From an uncultured Chloroflexia bacterium (GTDB lineage Bacteria > Chloroflexota > Limnocylindria > Limnocylindrales > CSP1-4): a DNA stretch of 64,000 nucleotides. Below, piece by piece: positions 61,025 to 64,000 of this stretch (position 1 is its first letter; every line of letters starts with the position of its first letter). Under the pieces are notes generated by a model, which ran no database searches, had not been told where the DNA came from, and saw nothing but the letters and a program-made list of their open reading frames with translations. The position numbers were made by a program, and so were the translations under genes. Location: positions 1,275,373 through 1,339,372 of the forward strand of contig CAVONW010000003.1 of assembly GCA_963697415.1 (NCBI GenBank), written 5' to 3'.

Positions 61025-61909
61025 GTGCATGCCCATCGCATCACTCCTGGACGGTCGCGCATTCGACGCCTGCCGGCCGCGCTGGTCGCCGGCGCCGCGA
61101 TGCTCTTCGCCGGGCCGCTCCTCGGCAGCGGGACGCCGCAGCAGGCGATCCTCGGCATCGCGGCCACCGCGGAGCCCCCCGCAGGGCCCACCGCTGGGCC
61201 GCTCGAGCCGACCGCCAAGTCGCTCGCAGAGCCCATCACAGCCGCGTCTGCGGTCGGCACCTCGGCCGGCGCCACCGGCATCGCGTCGCAGCCAGATCCG
61301 GCCGGCGATCGATCTGCCCCGCTCGCCCGGCTGCCACAGCCGCCGGAGACGCTAACGGGCTATCGCTGGCCGATTCGCAATGCTCGGCTCACGCTGCCGT
61401 TCGGACCCACGCCGTGGGGCTCCCGGATCGTGAACGGCGAGCCGTTCCACGACGGGATCGATCTCGCCACGTTCTGCGGTGACCGACTCACGGCCGCCCA
61501 TGACGGCACGGTCCTTGCCGCCGGCCGCCGCTACGACGCCGCGATGGGCTGGGTCGGCGACCTGACCGCCTATACGGACCGCCTGAGTGAGAAGAACCTC
61601 TGGATCACGCTCCCGAACGTCGTGGTCATCGACGACGGGAACGGCTACCGGAGTCTGTACGCTCATTTCCGGAGCGTCGTGGTGGCACCCGGGGATGTCG
61701 TCCAGGCCGGCGATCTCCTGGGCTACGAAGGTGCGACCGGCCGCGCGAGCGGCTGCCACCTCCACTACGGCCTGTTCAGCCCCTACCAGGTCACGACCTT
61801 CGGGATCGATCCCGAGGCCGTTGCACGCATGCTCCTGCCCGCTGAGGAGATCGCACGGACCGATCCGCTCCTCGTCCTGCCGCCGTTCGAGGCCGCCGGA
61901 ATCCACTGA
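61025..61909 (+). CDS. M23 family metallopeptidase (start uncertain)
   Basis: HDGID, YAH, GATGRASGCHLH. Confidence 0.88.
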   Translation: MHAHRITPGRSRIRRLPAALVAGAAMLFAGPLLGSGTPQQAILGIAATAEPPAGPTAGPLEPTAKSLAEPITAASAVGTSAGATGIASQPDPAGDRSAPLARLPQPPETLTGYRWPIRNARLTLPFGPTPWGSRIVNGEPFHDGIDLATFCGDRLTAAHDGTVLAAGRRYDAAMGWVGDLTAYTDRLSEKNLWITLPNVVVIDDGNGYRSLYAHFRSVVVAPGDVVQAGDLLGYEGATGRASGCHLHYGLFSPYQVTTFGIDPEAVARMLLPAEEIARTDPLLVLPPFEAAGIH

Positions 61910-61937
61910 CCGGCACTGATCTGCCGAGGACCCGGAT

Positions 61938-63359
61938 TCAGCCGTCCCGAGCGTACCGCCGCGCAACGAGCGCGTAGCCGGGGATCCTGGGGAGCGCCTG
62001 GGACAGCGCCGGACTTGACCCGTCCCGCCGCTCCACCGTGAGGCGCCGGTCCGCCTCGTCATCCGGGAGCCGAGCGTCAACGCTCGCCAGGTCAATCACG
62101 ACCCGTCCCGGCGAGGGGGAGCCCAGAGTCTCGACGACGGCGTCCGGGAACGAACCCGCCTCGTATTCCGCCCTGACCTCGGCGTCCACGTGCCAGCGCG
62201 GCCGGCGCAGGAGGATCCCGCGCCAGCCGTCCGCGACTGCGCGTTCCACCCGACCGTCCCCCGGTCGAGCCGTCCCGGGCGCCGCGATGTCCTCGCCCCG
62301 CGACCAGCGGGCGGCCTGGTGGAGGAGGGCGTACTCGTCCAGGTCCACGTAGTTCGCCAGCCGCTCGGCCGGCGATCCATCCCCGAACAGTGCCTCGATC
62401 GAGGGGCCGAAGACCTCGCCAAGGTCGAGGTCGATGGCCCGCACGGTTCGATGGAAGTAGACCTGGAGGTACAGGAGGAGTCGCGCTCCGAGGAAGCCCT
62501 CGAGCGCCGGGACTCCCGATTCGTAGAGCGTCAGGCCGCGCTCCCCGATGTAGGCGTAGCGCCGTAGCCGTTCGACATCGATGCCCACGTGGACGCCGGT
62601 GAAGAAGGCGTCTCGTCGGACGTAATCGAGGTTGTCGACCGTGAACACGCCGGACAGGAGCGGCTGGAGCAGGCGGACCCAGCGCGGCATGGTGGGATCC
62701 GTCAGGGCCGGCTTGGCCACGAGAAACGAGACCCAGCGCGGGTCGATGGCCTCGTCGTCGGCAAACGCGTCGCGAATCGGCGCGTTGCCCGGCGCCCGGC
62801 GGAGCGCTCCGATCAGCGGGCCCAGTTCTCGCTCGATGATCAGCTGGCTCAGATCCTCGTGAGAGAGCGTCTTGACGCCGGGCCGCCGCGCATCGGGCGG
62901 GGCCGGGAATGCCGACAGGACCCGGTCATCGAAGTAGTGAGCGAAGGGCCCGTGCCCGACGTCGTGGAGCAGGCCGGCCATCCGCAGCGTCTCGACGACC
63001 AGCGCCTCGGACGGGATGGGCTCGGCGCCGGGCGCTTCGTCGCGCGGCCCGGCCTCCAGGACCCCCCGGAGCGACGGATACAGGGAACGCGCCCACAACC
63101 CGGCCTCGTGCATCACGCCGAGACCGTGAGTGAACCGCGAGTGCTCGGCCGTCGGGAAGACCCAGCGGGCGCTCTGAAGCTGGCTGATCCGGCGCAGCCG
63201 CTGGACCCAGGCGGTATCGAGGAGATCGTCTTCCGCGGCGTCCTCGTCTGGAAGCCCTGCCGCCCCGGCCTCGGCCGCGGCGAGCCGCTTGGTCAGCTCG
63301 ACGTAGCCGTGGATCGGATCGCTGATGAGGTTGACGGCCGAGAACGGATGGCGGGCCAC
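61938..63359 (-). CDS. HD-domain phosphohydrolase (dNTPase-like)
   Basis: DPIHG, QRLRRISQL, HSRFTHGLG, LLHDVGHGPFAH, DNLDYVRRD. Confidence 0.9.
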   Translation of the reverse strand: MARHPFSAVNLISDPIHGYVELTKRLAAAEAGAAGLPDEDAAEDDLLDTAWVQRLRRISQLQSARWVFPTAEHSRFTHGLGVMHEAGLWARSLYPSLRGVLEAGPRDEAPGAEPIPSEALVVETLRMAGLLHDVGHGPFAHYFDDRVLSAFPAPPDARRPGVKTLSHEDLSQLIIERELGPLIGALRRAPGNAPIRDAFADDEAIDPRWVSFLVAKPALTDPTMPRWVRLLQPLLSGVFTVDNLDYVRRDAFFTGVHVGIDVERLRRYAYIGERGLTLYESGVPALEGFLGARLLLYLQVYFHRTVRAIDLDLGEVFGPSIEALFGDGSPAERLANYVDLDEYALLHQAARWSRGEDIAAPGTARPGDGRVERAVADGWRGILLRRPRWHVDAEVRAEYEAGSFPDAVVETLGSPSPGRVVIDLASVDARLPDDEADRRLTVERRDGSSPALSQALPRIPGYALVARRYARDG

Positions 63360-63363
63360 GGGG

Positions 63364-64000
63364 TCAGAACGCGATAAGCCGGTACCGGGCGGTCCCCGGG
63401 ACCGGCGCGGGCGCGAGCGCGGGCGCGAGCGTCGGGCGGGGCGTCGATCGCGGCGCAGGCTGCGGCGCCGAGGGCGCCTTCACCGTGGTCACCGGGGCGG
63501 GCTTGGCCCTTGGGGCCGCCGGCGTATAGCCGGGCGCGTCGATCAGGATCGCCCCTACGTAGGTGGTCCCATTGGTCGCCTTGGCCGCGCCGATCCCGAC
63601 AGTGTCGAACTTGGCACCCATCAGGATGTTCCAGTGAGTCGGGCTGCCCTTCCAGCCGTCAAACGCAACGCGAGCCGATTCGAGCCCCCAGGGCCACGAA
63701 TTTGACGCGAGAACCTCGCCCTGGAGATCCCACGCGATGCCTCGATCGGCGAGCTGGCAGCTGAGGCAACCCGCCACTTCGTGCGAGAACTGATTCTTGA
63801 CGGCCAGGGAGGCGACCCGGTCCCCTGAGAGGGCGGCCAGCCGGGTGTCCACGCGGAGACGATGCAGGCCCCGTGCCGCCCGGGCATCGTTGATCCAGCC
63901 CAGCAGCGCCGACTCCATGGTCTCGGCGGTCCCAGCGCGCGCGAGATCTGCGCGCTCGATCGGGAGGAGGCCGGTGGACAGCGCGGCGCTCAGAATCACG
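63364..64000 (-). CDS. CAP/SCP domain secreted protein (5' end outside window)
   Basis: INDARAARGL..L, FSH, GEVLA, WKGSPTHWNIL, VGIG. Confidence 0.85.
   Translation of the reverse strand, partial: VILSAALSTGLLPIERADLARAGTAETMESALLGWINDARAARGLHRLRVDTRLAALSGDRVASLAVKNQFSHEVAGCLSCQLADRGIAWDLQGEVLASNSWPWGLESARVAFDGWKGSPTHWNILMGAKFDTVGIGAAKATNGTTYVGAILIDAPGYTPAAPRAKPAPVTTVKAPSAPQPAPRSTPRPTLAPALAPAPVPGTARYRLIAF

Overview
High-GC bacterial DNA. The gene styles (ECF sigma followed by an 'RDVTRIVRSWL' partner, DUF4242/AAA-LuxR pair) suggest Chloroflexota, by inference only. From 1-38 kb there are transport, envelope and regulatory genes: B12-radical SAM, MMPL, serine hydrolase, aminoglycoside 6-adenylyltransferase-like, polar amino-acid ABC, PLP decarboxylase, PAS-EAL, ECF pair, amidase, MFS, GcvT-family oxidoreductase, SPFH, SoxR with its operator, AAA-LuxR and a class III cyclase. 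From 38-52 kb is a probable defence island beside tRNA-Arg(UCG). It holds a tyrosine-integrase remnant missed by the ORF track, a frameshifted type III-like Mod/Res pair, and a diverged tandem duplication (38052-43046 / 43046-46727). The repeated module is an uncharacterised 437-aa Pol-beta-type nucleotidyltransferase, a divergent Cap18-like DEDDh exonuclease and a class II Fic protein with twin palindromic operators; copy 2 lacks an alcohol dehydrogenase gene between short direct repeats. This module is the best candidate for an undescribed system. From 52-64 kb are a C39-like protein, a four-gene FtsX-type ABC system, an M23 peptidase, an HD protein and a CAP protein. Many single-base frameshifts could be long-read consensus errors. 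All family calls come from motifs read by eye; no searches were run.
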